Position numbers and translations under genes: made by a program. This document shows positions 23,420 to 34,035 of a DNA stretch of 64,000 nucleotides, piece after piece; the stretch's first letter is position 1; each line of letters starts with the position of its first letter. Location: NCBI RefSeq assembly GCF_003019035.1, contig NZ_CP027447.1; one strand, written 5' to 3'. The stretch is from Escherichia coli (GTDB lineage Bacteria > Pseudomonadota > Gammaproteobacteria > Enterobacterales > Enterobacteriaceae). The notes beneath the pieces are model-generated. The model saw nothing but the letters and a program-made list of their open reading frames with translations. It did not search any database and was not told the origin of the DNA.

Positions 23420-24220
23420 CGTAGCATCATGTTGCTCCATAATTATTACGTTCAAGACAGTTGATTATCGGCGCATATGACTCAAAAAGAGCCTGATGAT
23501 TGCCTCTTTTCCATAGGCTCTTTCTCTGAAGTGAAGGAAGGCCCGGAAGAAAGCACTCGCTGGCATACGTGACTCCAGCTCAACCAGAGATAATCACCAT
23601 TGTTATTTTTCTATTTAATAATAATCTCCTGAAAAATAGATATAGCAAAAATACAATCCGGCCAGATTTAATTCCGCATTCATTACCAGAAATAATCAAC
23701 ACCACAACTATCATATCATTCAATAGTCACCGCTAAAATTTTATTATTTTCTTCTTCTTTACATAGAAATTGTCAACTTGTTTATTATACCGTTCTTAAA
23801 TAGTTAATCATAAAACAACATCACCATTATTTACGTGTTTTATTTATTAATAACATGGTCATACGTTCTTTTTTCACGAGGAAATAATCAATTGATAAAT
23901 TGTTTTTGGTCTTAATAGTCAAGTAGGAAACATTTTAATAAATGATAAAAATCCTAAATTCCTTGTTCATAATGTAGGGGTGTGTTAAATAGGTGGGCAA
24001 AATTTGGTTCCCCTTCTCGCCTGTAATATTGCAGCATCTTCGCACCTCCATGAGACATTGCGACTTAATAAGAAGGTGATAAGTCCTGCATATAAGCATG
24101 GACTGACCATGGTTTTATATTCATTAAAAAATTTGTTACAACCCATTGATTTAGCATAAATAAATTATAGTGGGTTCGGGTTTGTTGTGACTGTGGCATT
24201 ATTTCCGTGCAAAGGAGCTG
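23420..24220 (+). promoter_or_regulatory. AT-rich upstream region of kps region 1 (expected promoter region of kpsF)
   Basis: Very AT-rich non-coding stretch directly upstream of kpsF; group 2 capsule region 1 is known to be driven from a promoter upstream of kpsF with H-NS/IHF/SlyA input; exact promoter not mapped here. Confidence 0.4.
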
Positions 24221-24222
24221 AT

Positions 24223-25206
24223 ATGTCTGAAAGACATTTACCTGATGACCAGAGCAGTACTATCGATCCATATCTAATTACCTCTGTTCGCCAGACTCTG
24301 GCAGAACAAGGCGCAGCATTACAAAACTTGTCTAAACAACTGGATTCCGGGCAGTACCAGCGTGTCCTTAATTTGATAATGAACTGTAAAGGGCACGTTA
24401 TTCTTTCGGGAATGGGTAAATCAGGGCATGTCGGTCGTAAAATGTCAGCGACGCTGGCCTCTACGGGTACGCCTAGTTTCTTTATTCATCCTGCAGAAGC
24501 TTTCCATGGCGATCTGGGCATGATTACGCCTTACGATCTTCTGATCCTTATTTCTGCCAGCGGTGAAACGGATGAAATCCTCAAGCTAGTTCCTTCACTG
24601 AAAAATTTCGGCAACCGAATTATCGCCATTACCAATAATGGAAATTCCACGCTGGCGAAAAATGCTGATGCCGTGCTGGAACTCCACATGGCGAATGAAA
24701 CCTGCCCGAATAATCTTGCACCAACAACGTCTACCACGCTGACGATGGCGATCGGCGATGCGCTGGCGATTGCCATGATCCACCAACGCAAATTTATGCC
24801 GAATGATTTTGCGCGCTATCACCCGGGCGGTTCATTAGGACGTCGCCTGCTGACCCGCGTTGCTGATGTCATGCAGCATGATGTTCCTGCGGTACAGCTG
24901 GATGCGTCATTTAAAACCGTGATTCAACGTATCACCAACGGATGCCAGGGAATGGTGATGGTAGAAGACGCAGAAGGTGGGCTAGCGGGCATTATCACCG
25001 ACGGTGACCTGCGTCGCTTTATGGAAAAAGAGGATTCTCTGACATCCGCCACGGCTGCGCAGATGATGACACGTGAACCGCTGACGCTACCGGAAGACAC
25101 CATGATCATTGAAGCGGAAGAAAAAATGCAAAAGCACCGCGTCTCAACGTTATTGGTGACCAACAAGGCAAATAAAGTCACTGGCCTTGTGCGCATTTTC
25201 GACTAA
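24223..25206 (+). CDS. kpsF: Arabinose-5-phosphate isomerase (capsule region 1)
   Basis: ORF 24187..25206; SIS and CBS domain composition; start MSERHLPDDQ. Confidence 0.85.
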   Translation: MSERHLPDDQSSTIDPYLITSVRQTLAEQGAALQNLSKQLDSGQYQRVLNLIMNCKGHVILSGMGKSGHVGRKMSATLASTGTPSFFIHPAEAFHGDLGMITPYDLLILISASGETDEILKLVPSLKNFGNRIIAITNNGNSTLAKNADAVLELHMANETCPNNLAPTTSTTLTMAIGDALAIAMIHQRKFMPNDFARYHPGGSLGRRLLTRVADVMQHDVPAVQLDASFKTVIQRITNGCQGMVMVEDAEGGLAGIITDGDLRRFMEKEDSLTSATAAQMMTREPLTLPEDTMIIEAEEKMQKHRVSTLLVTNKANKVTGLVRIFD

Positions 25207-25277
25207 TTAAGCAACGGGGTTCGAGAGGTTAGTCTCTCATTGAGTTTGCGCCCCACTGAAACTTTGATAATCGTTAC

Positions 25278-26426
25278 ATGTTGATAAAAGTGAAGTCTGC
25301 CGTATCCTGGATGCGTGCTCGTCTGTCTGCCATCTCACTGGCAGATATCCAAAAACACCTGGCGAAAATCATCATTCTGACACCGATGGCGGTGCTGCTG
25401 ATCTATCTGGCTATCTTCAGCCAGCCTCGCTATATGAGCGAGTCGAAAGTCGCCATTAAACGCTCGGATGATTTAAACAGCGGCAGCCTGAATTTTGGTC
25501 TGCTTCTGGGTGCCTCTAACCCCAGTTCCGCAGAAGATGCGTTGTATCTGAAAGAGTACATCAACTCGCCGGATATGCTGGCGGCGCTGGATAAGCAACT
25601 AAATTTTCGTGAAGCGTTTAGCCACAGCGGGCTCGATTTTCTTAATCATCTTAGCAAGGATGAAACCGCAGAAGGCTTCCTGAAGTACTACAAGGACCGT
25701 ATCAACGTCTCGTATGACGATAAAACCGGATTACTGAATATTCAGACGCAGGGCTTTAGCCCGGAATTTGCGCTTAAGTTTAACCAAACCGTGCTGAAAG
25801 AGTCAGAGCGCTTTATCAATGAGATGTCACATCGCATCGCGCGTGACCAGCTTGCCTTTGCAGAAACGGAGATGGAAAAGGCACGCCAGCGTCTGGACGC
25901 CAGCAAAGCGGAATTGCTCTCTTATCAAGACAACAACAACGTTCTGGATCCACAGGCACAGGCACAGGCGGCGAGCACGTTAGTGAATACGCTGATGGGC
26001 CAGAAGATCCAGATGGAAGCGGACCTGCGTAACTTGCTGACGTATCTGCGTGAGGACGCCCCGCAAGTTGTGAGTGCGCGTAATGCGATTCAGTCATTGC
26101 AGGCACAAATTGACGAAGAAAAAAGCAAAATCACAGCGCCGCAGGGTGACAAGCTAAACCGTATGGCGGTGGATTTTGAAGAAATCAAATCAAAAGTAGA
26201 GTTCAACACCGAGCTGTACAAACTGACCCTGACCTCCATTGAAAAGACCCGTGTAGAAGCGGCTCGTAAGCTCAAGGTGCTGTCAGTGATCAGTTCGCCA
26301 CAGTTGCCGCAGGAATCGTCTTTTCCAAATATCCCTTATTTGATCGCCTGCTGGTTACTGGTGTGCTGCCTGCTGTTCGGCACCCTGAAACTGTTGCTGG
26401 CTGTTATTGAAGATCACCGAGACTAA
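25278..26426 (+). CDS. kpsE: Capsule export inner-membrane protein KpsE (PCP-3 family)
   Basis: 382-aa ORF; N- and C-terminal membrane segments with periplasmic coiled-coil. Confidence 0.85.
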   Translation: MLIKVKSAVSWMRARLSAISLADIQKHLAKIIILTPMAVLLIYLAIFSQPRYMSESKVAIKRSDDLNSGSLNFGLLLGASNPSSAEDALYLKEYINSPDMLAALDKQLNFREAFSHSGLDFLNHLSKDETAEGFLKYYKDRINVSYDDKTGLLNIQTQGFSPEFALKFNQTVLKESERFINEMSHRIARDQLAFAETEMEKARQRLDASKAELLSYQDNNNVLDPQAQAQAASTLVNTLMGQKIQMEADLRNLLTYLREDAPQVVSARNAIQSLQAQIDEEKSKITAPQGDKLNRMAVDFEEIKSKVEFNTELYKLTLTSIEKTRVEAARKLKVLSVISSPQLPQESSFPNIPYLIACWLLVCCLLFGTLKLLLAVIEDHRD

Positions 26427-26446
26427 CGCTGTCGCTGAATGAGTTT

Positions 26447-28126
26447 GTGATGAAATTATTTAAATCAATTTTACTGATTGCCGCCTGTCACGCGGCGCAG
26501 GCCAGCGCGGCCATTGATATTAACGCTGACCCAAACCTTACAGGAGCCGCGCCGCTTACCGGTATTCTGAACGGGCAACAGTCGGATACGCAAAACATGA
26601 GCGGCTTCGACAATACCCCGCCGCCCGCACCGCCGGTGGTAATGAGCCGTATGTTTGGTGCTCAACTTTTCAACGGCACCAGCGCGGATAGCGGTGCGAC
26701 GGTAGGATTCAACCCTGACTATATTCTGAATCCGGGTGATAGCATTCAGGTTCGCTTGTGGGGTGCGTTCACCTTTGATGGTGCATTACAGATTGATCCC
26801 AAAGGTAATATTTTTCTGCCAAACGTTGGTCCGGTGAAAGTTGCCGGGGTTAGCAATAGTCAGTTGAACACTCTGGTTACATCAAAAGTGAAGGAAGTGT
26901 ACCAGTCCAACGTCAACGTCTACGCCTCCTTATTACAGGCGCAGCCAGTAAAAGTGTACGTGACCGGATTTGTGCGTAATCCTGGTCTGTATGGCGGTGT
27001 GACGTCTGATTCGTTACTCAATTATCTGATCAAGGCTGGCGGCGTTGATCCAGAGCGCGGAAGTTACGTTGATATTGTGGTCAAGCGCGGTAACCGCGTG
27101 CGCTCCAACGTCAACCTGTACGACTTCCTGCTGAACGGCAAACTGGGGCTTTCGCAGTTCGCCGATGGTGACACCATCATCGTCGGGCCGCGTCAGCATA
27201 CTTTCAGCGTTCAGGGCGATGTCTTTAACAGCTACGACTTTGAGTTCCGCGAAAGCAGCATTCCCGTAACGGAAGCGTTGAGCTGGGCGCGCCCTAAGCC
27301 TGGCGCGACTCACATTACGATTATGCGTAAACAGGGGCTGCAAAAACGCAGCGAATACTATCCGATCAGTTCTGCACCAGGCCGTATGTTGCAAAATGGC
27401 GATACCTTAATCGTGAGCACTGACCGCTATGCCGGCACCATTCAGGTGCGGGTTGAAGGCGCGCACTCCGGTGAACATGCCATGGTACTGCCTTATGGTT
27501 CCACTATGCGTGCGGTTCTGGAAAAAGTCCGCCCGAACAGCATGTCGCAGATGAACGCGGTTCAGCTTTATCGCCCATCAGTGGCTCAGCGTCAGAAAGA
27601 GATGCTGAATCTCTCGCTGCAAAAGCTGGAGGAAGCCTCACTTTCTGCCCAGTCATCCACCAAAGAAGAAGCCAGCCTGCGAATGCAGGAAGCACAACTG
27701 ATCAGCCGCTTTGTGGCGAAAGCACGCACCGTGGTTCCGAAAGGTGAAGTGATCCTCAACGAATCCAATATTGATTCTGTTCTGCTTGAAGATGGCGACG
27801 TCATCAATATTCCGGAGAAAACATCGCTGGTTATGGTTCATGGCGAAGTGCTGTTCCCGAACGCGGTGAGCTGGCAGAAGGGTATGACCACCGAGGATTA
27901 CATCGAGAAATGTGGTGGCCTGACGCAAAAATCGGGTAACGCCAGAATTATCGTCATTCGTCAGAACGGTGCTGCCGTCAACGCGGAAGACGTGGATTCA
28001 CTCAAGCCGGGCGATGAGATTATGGTTCTGCCGAAATATGAATCGAAAAATATTGAAGTTACCCGTGGTATTTCCACCATCCTCTATCAGCTGGCGGTGG
28101 GTGCAAAAGTGATTCTGTCTTTGTAA
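26447..28126 (+). CDS. kpsD: Capsule export outer-membrane/periplasmic protein KpsD (OPX family)
   Basis: 559-aa ORF with signal peptide. Confidence 0.85.
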   Translation: MMKLFKSILLIAACHAAQASAAIDINADPNLTGAAPLTGILNGQQSDTQNMSGFDNTPPPAPPVVMSRMFGAQLFNGTSADSGATVGFNPDYILNPGDSIQVRLWGAFTFDGALQIDPKGNIFLPNVGPVKVAGVSNSQLNTLVTSKVKEVYQSNVNVYASLLQAQPVKVYVTGFVRNPGLYGGVTSDSLLNYLIKAGGVDPERGSYVDIVVKRGNRVRSNVNLYDFLLNGKLGLSQFADGDTIIVGPRQHTFSVQGDVFNSYDFEFRESSIPVTEALSWARPKPGATHITIMRKQGLQKRSEYYPISSAPGRMLQNGDTLIVSTDRYAGTIQVRVEGAHSGEHAMVLPYGSTMRAVLEKVRPNSMSQMNAVQLYRPSVAQRQKEMLNLSLQKLEEASLSAQSSTKEEASLRMQEAQLISRFVAKARTVVPKGEVILNESNIDSVLLEDGDVINIPEKTSLVMVHGEVLFPNAVSWQKGMTTEDYIEKCGGLTQKSGNARIIVIRQNGAAVNAEDVDSLKPGDEIMVLPKYESKNIEVTRGISTILYQLAVGAKVILSL

Positions 28127-28135
28127 GGAGTTGAA

Positions 28136-28876
28136 ATGAGCAAAGCTGTTATTGTCATCCCGGCTCGTTATGGCTCATCGCGTCTGCCGGGTAAGCCGCT
28201 ACTCGATATTGTCGGCAAACCGATGATCCAGCATGTTTACGAGCGTGCGTTACAGGTGGCGGGCGTCGCAGAAGTTTGGGTGGCAACAGACGATCAGCGT
28301 GTTGAAAAGGCCGTGCAGGCATTTGGCGGGAAAGCCATCATGACGCGCAACGATCATGAATCCGGCACCGATCGGCTGGTCGAGGTGATGCATAAAGTCG
28401 AGGCAGATATCTACATTAACCTGCAGGGCGACGAACCAATGATTCGCCCGCGGGATGTAGAAACGCTGTTACAAGGAATGCGTGATGACCCCGCGTTGCC
28501 AGTGGCAACGCTATGCCACGCGATTTCTGCCGAAGAAGCGACCGAGCCAAGCACGGTAAAAGTGGTGGTAAATACCCGCCAGGATGCGCTTTATTTCAGC
28601 CGTTCGCCTATTCCGTATCCGCGTAATGCTGAAAAAGCGCGCTACCTGAAACACGTTGGTATTTACGCTTATCGTCGCGATGTGCTGCAAAACTACAGCC
28701 AGTTACCGGAGTCCATGCAGGAGCAGGCAGAATCACTGGAGCAGCTGCGGTTGATGAGCGCGGGGATCAACATCCGCACATTTGAGGTTGCCGCAACCGG
28801 TCCGGGCGTCGACACCCCAGCATGCCTGGAAAAAGTGCGCGCCCTGATGGCACAGGAACTGGCTGAAAACGCATGA
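28136..28876 (+). CDS. kpsU: CMP-Kdo synthetase (capsule-specific KdsB paralogue)
   Basis: 246-aa [25 protein letters not shown]. Confidence 0.85.
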   Translation: MSKAVIVIPARYGSSRLPGKPLLDIVGKPMIQHVYERALQVAGVAEVWVATDDQRVEKAVQAFGGKAIMTRNDHESGTDRLVEVMHKVEADIYINLQGDEPMIRPRDVETLLQGMRDDPALPVATLCHAISAEEATEPSTVKVVVNTRQDALYFSRSPIPYPRNAEKARYLKHVGIYAYRRDVLQNYSQLPESMQEQAESLEQLRLMSAGINIRTFEVAATGPGVDTPACLEKVRALMAQELAENA

Positions 28877-30900
28877 TTGGCATTTTCTCGTCCGGTATCT
28901 GGCGTATTCCGCATCTGGAGAAATTTCTGGCGCAACCGTGCCAGAAACTTTCTCTGCTGCGCCCTGTTCCGCAAGAAGTTGATGCTATCGCCGTGTGGGG
29001 ACATCGTCCCAGCGCGGCGAAACCAGTCGCCATCGCCAAAGCAGCGGGAAAACCCGTCATTCGTCTGGAAGATGGATTTGTGCGTTCGCTGGATCTTGGC
29101 GTCAATGGCGAGCCGCCGCTTTCTCTGGTGGTGGATGATTGTGGCATTTACTACGATGCCAGCAAGCCTTCAGCACTGGAGAAACTGGTACAGGATAAAG
29201 CCGGAAATACAGCTCTGATAAGCCTGGCCAGAGAAGCGATGCACACCATCGTGACCGGGGATTTGTCGAAATATAACCTGGCACCTGCGTTTGTGGCTGA
29301 TGAGTCAGAACGTTCAGACATCGTTCTGGTTGTCGATCAGACATTTAATGATATGTCAGTGACGTATGGCAATGCTGGCCCGCATGAGTTTGCTGCCATG
29401 CTGGAAGCTGCGATGGCGGAAAATCCTCAAGCCGAAATTTGGGTGAAGGTGCATCCGGATGTCCTGGAAGGAAAGAAAACAGGTTATTTCGCTGATCTGC
29501 GTGCCACGCAACGAGTACGTTTGATTGCCGAGAATGTCAGCCCGCAGTCGCTGTTGCGACACGTTTCCCGGGTTTACGTCGTGACATCCCAATACGGCTT
29601 TGAAGCCTTGCTGGCAGGAAAACCAGTAACATGTTTCGGCCAGCCCTGGTATGCAGGCTGGGGCTTAACCGACGATCGCCATCCGCAGTCCGCTTTGTTA
29701 TCTGCCCGACGCGGTTCTGCCACGCTGGAGGAACTTTTTGCCGCTGCATACCTGCGTTACTGTCGCTATATCGATCCGCAAACGGGAGAAGTAAGCGATC
29801 TATTTACCGTACTGCAATGGCTGCAATTACAACGTCGACATCTGCAACAGCGTAATGGTTATTTATGGGCGCCAGGCTTAACGCTGTGGAAGTCAGCGAT
29901 CCTGAAACCTTTCTTACGAACGGCGACAAACCAGCTGAGTTTTTCACGTCGCTGTACTGCGGCAAGCGCCTGCGTGGTATGGGGTGTAAAGGGAGAACAG
30001 CAATGGCGAGCCGAAGCGCAACGAAAATCACTGCCGTTATGGCGAATGGAAGATGGTTTTCTGCGTTCATCCGGACTTGGCTCTGACCTTTTGCCGCCGC
30101 TATCGTTGGTGCTGGATAAACGCGGGATCTACTATGACGCCACGCGCCCCAGCGACCTGGAAGTGCTGATTAATCACAGCCAGTTAACGCTGGCGCAGCA
30201 GATGCGAGCTGAAAAATTACGCCAGCGGCTAGTTGAAAGTAAACTGAGCAAGTACAACCTGGGGGCCGATTTCTCTCTACCAGCCGAAGCCAAAGATAAA
30301 AAAGTTATCCTGGTGCCGGGTCAGGTAGAGGACGATGCCTCTATTAAAACAGGCACTGTCTCGATTAAGAGCAACCTTGAGTTATTACGCACAGTACGCG
30401 AGCGCAATCCGCACGCTTACATTATTTATAAACCGCACCCGGATGTACTGGTGGGGAATCGCAAGGGCAATATTCCGACAGAACTAATTGCTGAACTCGC
30501 TGATTATCAGGCACTGGACGCAGATATTATTCAATGCATTCAGCGCGCAGATGAAGTGCACACCATGACATCATTGTCCGGGTTTGAAGCGTTATTACAT
30601 GGCAAGCAAGTTCATTGTTACGGCCTGCCCTTCTATGCCGGTTGGGGTTTAACCGTTGATGAACATCACTGCCCGCGCCGCGAACAAAAATTAACGTTAG
30701 CAGATTTGATCTATCAGGCGTTGATTGTTTATCCAACCTATATCCACCCAACACGGCTACAACCTATTACGGTTGAAGAGGCGGCGGAATATTTGATCCA
30801 GACGCCGCGCAAGCCGATGTTTATTAGAAAAAATAATATTTACAGAGTTATTAACATTTACCGTAAGTTAATCATGTTCTGCAAAGTAAGACTGGGCTAA
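28873..30900 (+). CDS. kpsC: Capsule beta-Kdo transferase KpsC
   Basis: 675-aa ORF with duplicated domain architecture; start overlaps kpsU stop. Confidence 0.85.
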   Translation: MIGIFSSGIWRIPHLEKFLAQPCQKLSLLRPVPQEVDAIAVWGHRPSAAKPVAIAKAAGKPVIRLEDGFVRSLDLGVNGEPPLSLVVDDCGIYYDASKPSALEKLVQDKAGNTALISLAREAMHTIVTGDLSKYNLAPAFVADESERSDIVLVVDQTFNDMSVTYGNAGPHEFAAMLEAAMAENPQAEIWVKVHPDVLEGKKTGYFADLRATQRVRLIAENVSPQSLLRHVSRVYVVTSQYGFEALLAGKPVTCFGQPWYAGWGLTDDRHPQSALLSARRGSATLEELFAAAYLRYCRYIDPQTGEVSDLFTVLQWLQLQRRHLQQRNGYLWAPGLTLWKSAILKPFLRTATNQLSFSRRCTAASACVVWGVKGEQQWRAEAQRKSLPLWRMEDGFLRSSGLGSDLLPPLSLVLDKRGIYYDATRPSDLEVLINHSQLTLAQQMRAEKLRQRLVESKLSKYNLGADFSLPAEAKDKKVILVPGQVEDDASIKTGTVSIKSNLELLRTVRERNPHAYIIYKPHPDVLVGNRKGNIPTELIAELADYQALDADIIQCIQRADEVHTMTSLSGFEALLHGKQVHCYGLPFYAGWGLTVDEHHCPRREQKLTLADLIYQALIVYPTYIHPTRLQPITVEEAAEYLIQTPRKPMFIRKNNIYRVINIYRKLIMFCKVRLG

Positions 30901-30934
30901 ACAATTTCATTGTTGACTATTACGCAAATTATTT

Positions 30935-32107
30935 ATGCAAGGTAATGCACTAACCGTTTTATTATCCGGTAAAAAATATCTGCTATTGCAGGGACCGATG
31001 GGACCTTTTTTCAATGACGTCGCCGAATGGTTAGAGTCATTAGGCCGTAACGCTGTGAATGTTGTGTTCAACGGTGGAGATCGTTTTTACTGCCGCAATC
31101 GACAATACCAGGCTTACTACCAGACACCGAAAGAGTTTCCCGATTGGTTGCGAGATCTCCACCGACAATATGACTTTGACACCATCCTCTGCTTTGGTGA
31201 CTGCCGCCCATTGCATAAGGAAGCAAAACGGTGGGCAACGTCGAAAGGGATCCGCTTTCTGGCATTTGAAGAGGGGTATTTACGTCCGCAATTTATTACT
31301 GTTGAAGAAGGCGGAGTAAACGCATATTCATCACTACCGCGCGATCCGGATTTTTATCGTAAGTTGCCAGATATGCCTGCACCGCACGTTGAGAACTTAA
31401 AACCTTCAACGATGAAACGTATTGGCCATGCGATGTGGTATTACCTGATGGGCTGGCATTACCGTCATGAGTTCCCTCGCTACCGCCACCACAAATCGTT
31501 TTCCCCCTGGTATGAGGCTCGTTGCTGGGTTCGTGCATACTGGCGCAAGCAACTTTACAAGGTAACACAGCGTAAGGTATTACCGAGGTTAATGAACGAG
31601 CTGGATCAACGTTATTATCTTGCCGTTTTGCAGGTGTATAACGATAGCCAGATTCGTAACCACAGTAATTATAACGATGTGCGTGACTATATTAATGAAG
31701 TCATGTACTCATTTTCGCATAAAGCGCCGAAAGAAAGTTATTTGGTGATCAAACATCATCCGATGGATCGTGGTCACAGACTCTATCGACCATTAATTAA
31801 ACGGTTGAGTAAGGAATATGGCTTAGGTGAGCGAGTCATATACGTGCACGATCTCCCGATGCCGGAATTATTACGCCACGCAAAAGCGGTGGTAACAATT
31901 AACAGTACGGCGGGGATCTCTGCGCTGATTCATAACAAACCACTCAAAGTGATGGGCAATGCCCTGTATGACATCAAAGGCTTGACGTATCAAGGGCATT
32001 TGCACCAGTTCTGGCAGGCCGACTTTAAACCGGATATGAAGCTGTTTAAGAAGTTTCGGGAGTATTTATTGGTGAAGACACAGATTAATGCGGTTTATTA
32101 TGGTTGA
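30935..32107 (+). CDS. kpsS: Capsule beta-Kdo transferase KpsS
   Basis: 390-aa ORF; conserved region 1 terminal gene. Confidence 0.85.
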   Translation: MQGNALTVLLSGKKYLLLQGPMGPFFNDVAEWLESLGRNAVNVVFNGGDRFYCRNRQYQAYYQTPKEFPDWLRDLHRQYDFDTILCFGDCRPLHKEAKRWATSKGIRFLAFEEGYLRPQFITVEEGGVNAYSSLPRDPDFYRKLPDMPAPHVENLKPSTMKRIGHAMWYYLMGWHYRHEFPRYRHHKSFSPWYEARCWVRAYWRKQLYKVTQRKVLPRLMNELDQRYYLAVLQVYNDSQIRNHSNYNDVRDYINEVMYSFSHKAPKESYLVIKHHPMDRGHRLYRPLIKRLSKEYGLGERVIYVHDLPMPELLRHAKAVVTINSTAGISALIHNKPLKVMGNALYDIKGLTYQGHLHQFWQADFKPDMKLFKKFREYLLVKTQINAVYYG

Positions 32108-32330
32108 AAGTGCACTCAAAAAACAAATCATCTATAAAGGTATTAAAATCTCTCTCGAGAGGATTAAACCTGCAATAAAACAATATTATAAGACCTTCAT
32201 CCCCATTATAACACAGATAAATTTATACAGTATTCATAAGGGAACCGACTGGATATTTCCAATATAGTATTACCTTATTGCGTGCTCAGTGTAACTCTTA
32301 GCAATCGAAGGTCAATACAATGAAGCATGT

Positions 32331-33092
32331 TTATTTAAAATTCTGATTGTATCTATCAATAAGTATCTCATCATTACATAAATACGTATCAACAAATGAT
32401 TCTATACGAGAAACTGAAATACGCTCAGATGTATCATTAGAACCGTGATTCATAATATAGCAAACAACTGGAGTCTTCATAGCTAATACACTTCTTCCGA
32501 ATGCCAATGAAGATTCTGGATATTTTGTATGGTCTTTTAGTGAAAATAGAAATGTCCCTTTCTCTTCCTGATTTGAACAATCCTTGGCATCTAACTTAGA
32601 TATAAAACAACTACCACAATTTTTATAGAATATCTTTGTAACTCCATCAAGGTAAGCGATCTTCTCCCTGCGGGCATCAAACACATAACCTGTATAAAAT
32701 GCCAGATCATCAGCATCAGGATTTCGGGAAAACATATATTCTACTTGATAAGTGAAATCTTTGGATACCAGATCATCTGCATCAATAAACATGAAATAGT
32801 CACCAACTTTTGCAGTTTCGAGTATTTTTCGACGCGCGACATTTTTTTTTGATGCTTTGTCTGCCATGTAACCATTTTTATCTTCCGGGACGGGATGCCA
32901 GACTTTGATAAACTCAGTCCGTGGATTCTGATATCCACTTATAAACTCAGGAATGTCATGACATGCAACGACAATGCGATAGTCGCCACCCGCCCCCTCA
33001 ATTGACTTGATTGTAGCTTCCAGTCGAACGCAAACTTCATTCCAATCGTTAGAAGTCTGTTTTGCCCTGAGTGGGATTGCATAATGAAACAT
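32331..33092 (-). CDS. Putative glycosyltransferase or capsule-modifying enzyme (DxD motif, FIDADD)
   Basis: 253-aa ORF, AT-rich, between kpsS and kpsT; DADD motif suggests nucleotide-sugar transferase; function inferred only. Confidence 0.45.
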   Translation of the reverse strand: MFHYAIPLRAKQTSNDWNEVCVRLEATIKSIEGAGGDYRIVVACHDIPEFISGYQNPRTEFIKVWHPVPEDKNGYMADKASKKNVARRKILETAKVGDYFMFIDADDLVSKDFTYQVEYMFSRNPDADDLAFYTGYVFDARREKIAYLDGVTKIFYKNCGSCFISKLDAKDCSNQEEKGTFLFSLKDHTKYPESSLAFGRSVLAMKTPVVCYIMNHGSNDTSERISVSRIESFVDTYLCNDEILIDRYNQNFK

Positions 33093-33171
33093 TTTTATTC
33101 CTTATATACGTTAAATTAATAATATTATAATAAAGAGAACTACCTAATGTAAATAATATAAAATATTACAG

Positions 33172-33837
33172 CTAGGTAATATTCTCTTCTTCAGTGTATT
33201 TTTTTATGGCCTGTTCAACATCGTCATAATAATGAATAGCATTATCTCTACCCAAAAAAAGCGCAACATCACAGTATTCTTTTAATGAGTTAAGGCTGTG
33301 CGAAACCATAACAAAATTAGATTCAGAACGCCTAGCTTTAAATATTTTTGCACATTTCTCTCTAAATCGAGCATCACCAACCGCGGTAATTTCATCGACC
33401 AAATAGTAATCAAATTTGAACGCCATGCTTAATCCAAATCCTAGACGAGATCGCATCCCTGATGAATAAGACTTGATCGGCATATCAAAATATGTACCTA
33501 ATTCCGAAAATTCTTCTACAAAATTAATTTTTTCTTTAAGATCTTTTTTATCTGCATATAAACGCGCTACAAACTTTACATTTTCCCTTCCAGTCAGACT
33601 TCCTTGAAAACCACCAGAAATTCCAACAGGCCAAGAAATAGTTTTGTTTGTATAAACGGCCCCCTTGTCTGGTCTATCTATACCACCTATTATACGAAGA
33701 AGAGTGGATTTACCTGCTCCATTACGTCCAAGTAGCGCAATACTTTTACCACTTGGTAATTCAACATTTAAATCTTTAAATACATAATGTCGTCCTTGTG
33801 GTGTGAGATATGATTTAGTTAAGTTTTTAATTATGAT
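33172..33837 (-). CDS. kpsT: Capsule ABC exporter ATP-binding protein
   Basis: ORF 33172..33897; Walker A GRNGAGKST, ABC signature YSSGMRSRL, Walker B YYLVDE; likely start at MIIIKNLTKSY. Confidence 0.8.
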   Translation of the reverse strand: MIIKNLTKSYLTPQGRHYVFKDLNVELPSGKSIALLGRNGAGKSTLLRIIGGIDRPDKGAVYTNKTISWPVGISGGFQGSLTGRENVKFVARLYADKKDLKEKINFVEEFSELGTYFDMPIKSYSSGMRSRLGFGLSMAFKFDYYLVDEITAVGDARFREKCAKIFKARRSESNFVMVSHSLNSLKEYCDVALFLGRDNAIHYYDDVEQAIKKYTEEENIT

Positions 33838-34035
33838 CATAAAGTTAATAACACCTTGTGTATTGCTATACAATATAGGAACTCCGCATCTACCCAAGCA
33901 GTGATAAAAATAGGCCCATTATAAATGTTTTATAAATTTTAATTATAGGGAAACACATTAGAATGGGCCATGTAAATTATCGATACATCATCATAATTAA
34001 CAGTTTGGGCGTCATGACTCCCTTTAATTATACAA

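Noticed and set aside
28877-30086. Overlapping alternative-frame ORFs within kpsC (for example 28877..29218 and 29865..30086)
   Set aside because: kpsC in its annotated frame is continuous and family-typical; the overlapping frames are Arg/Trp-rich artefacts.
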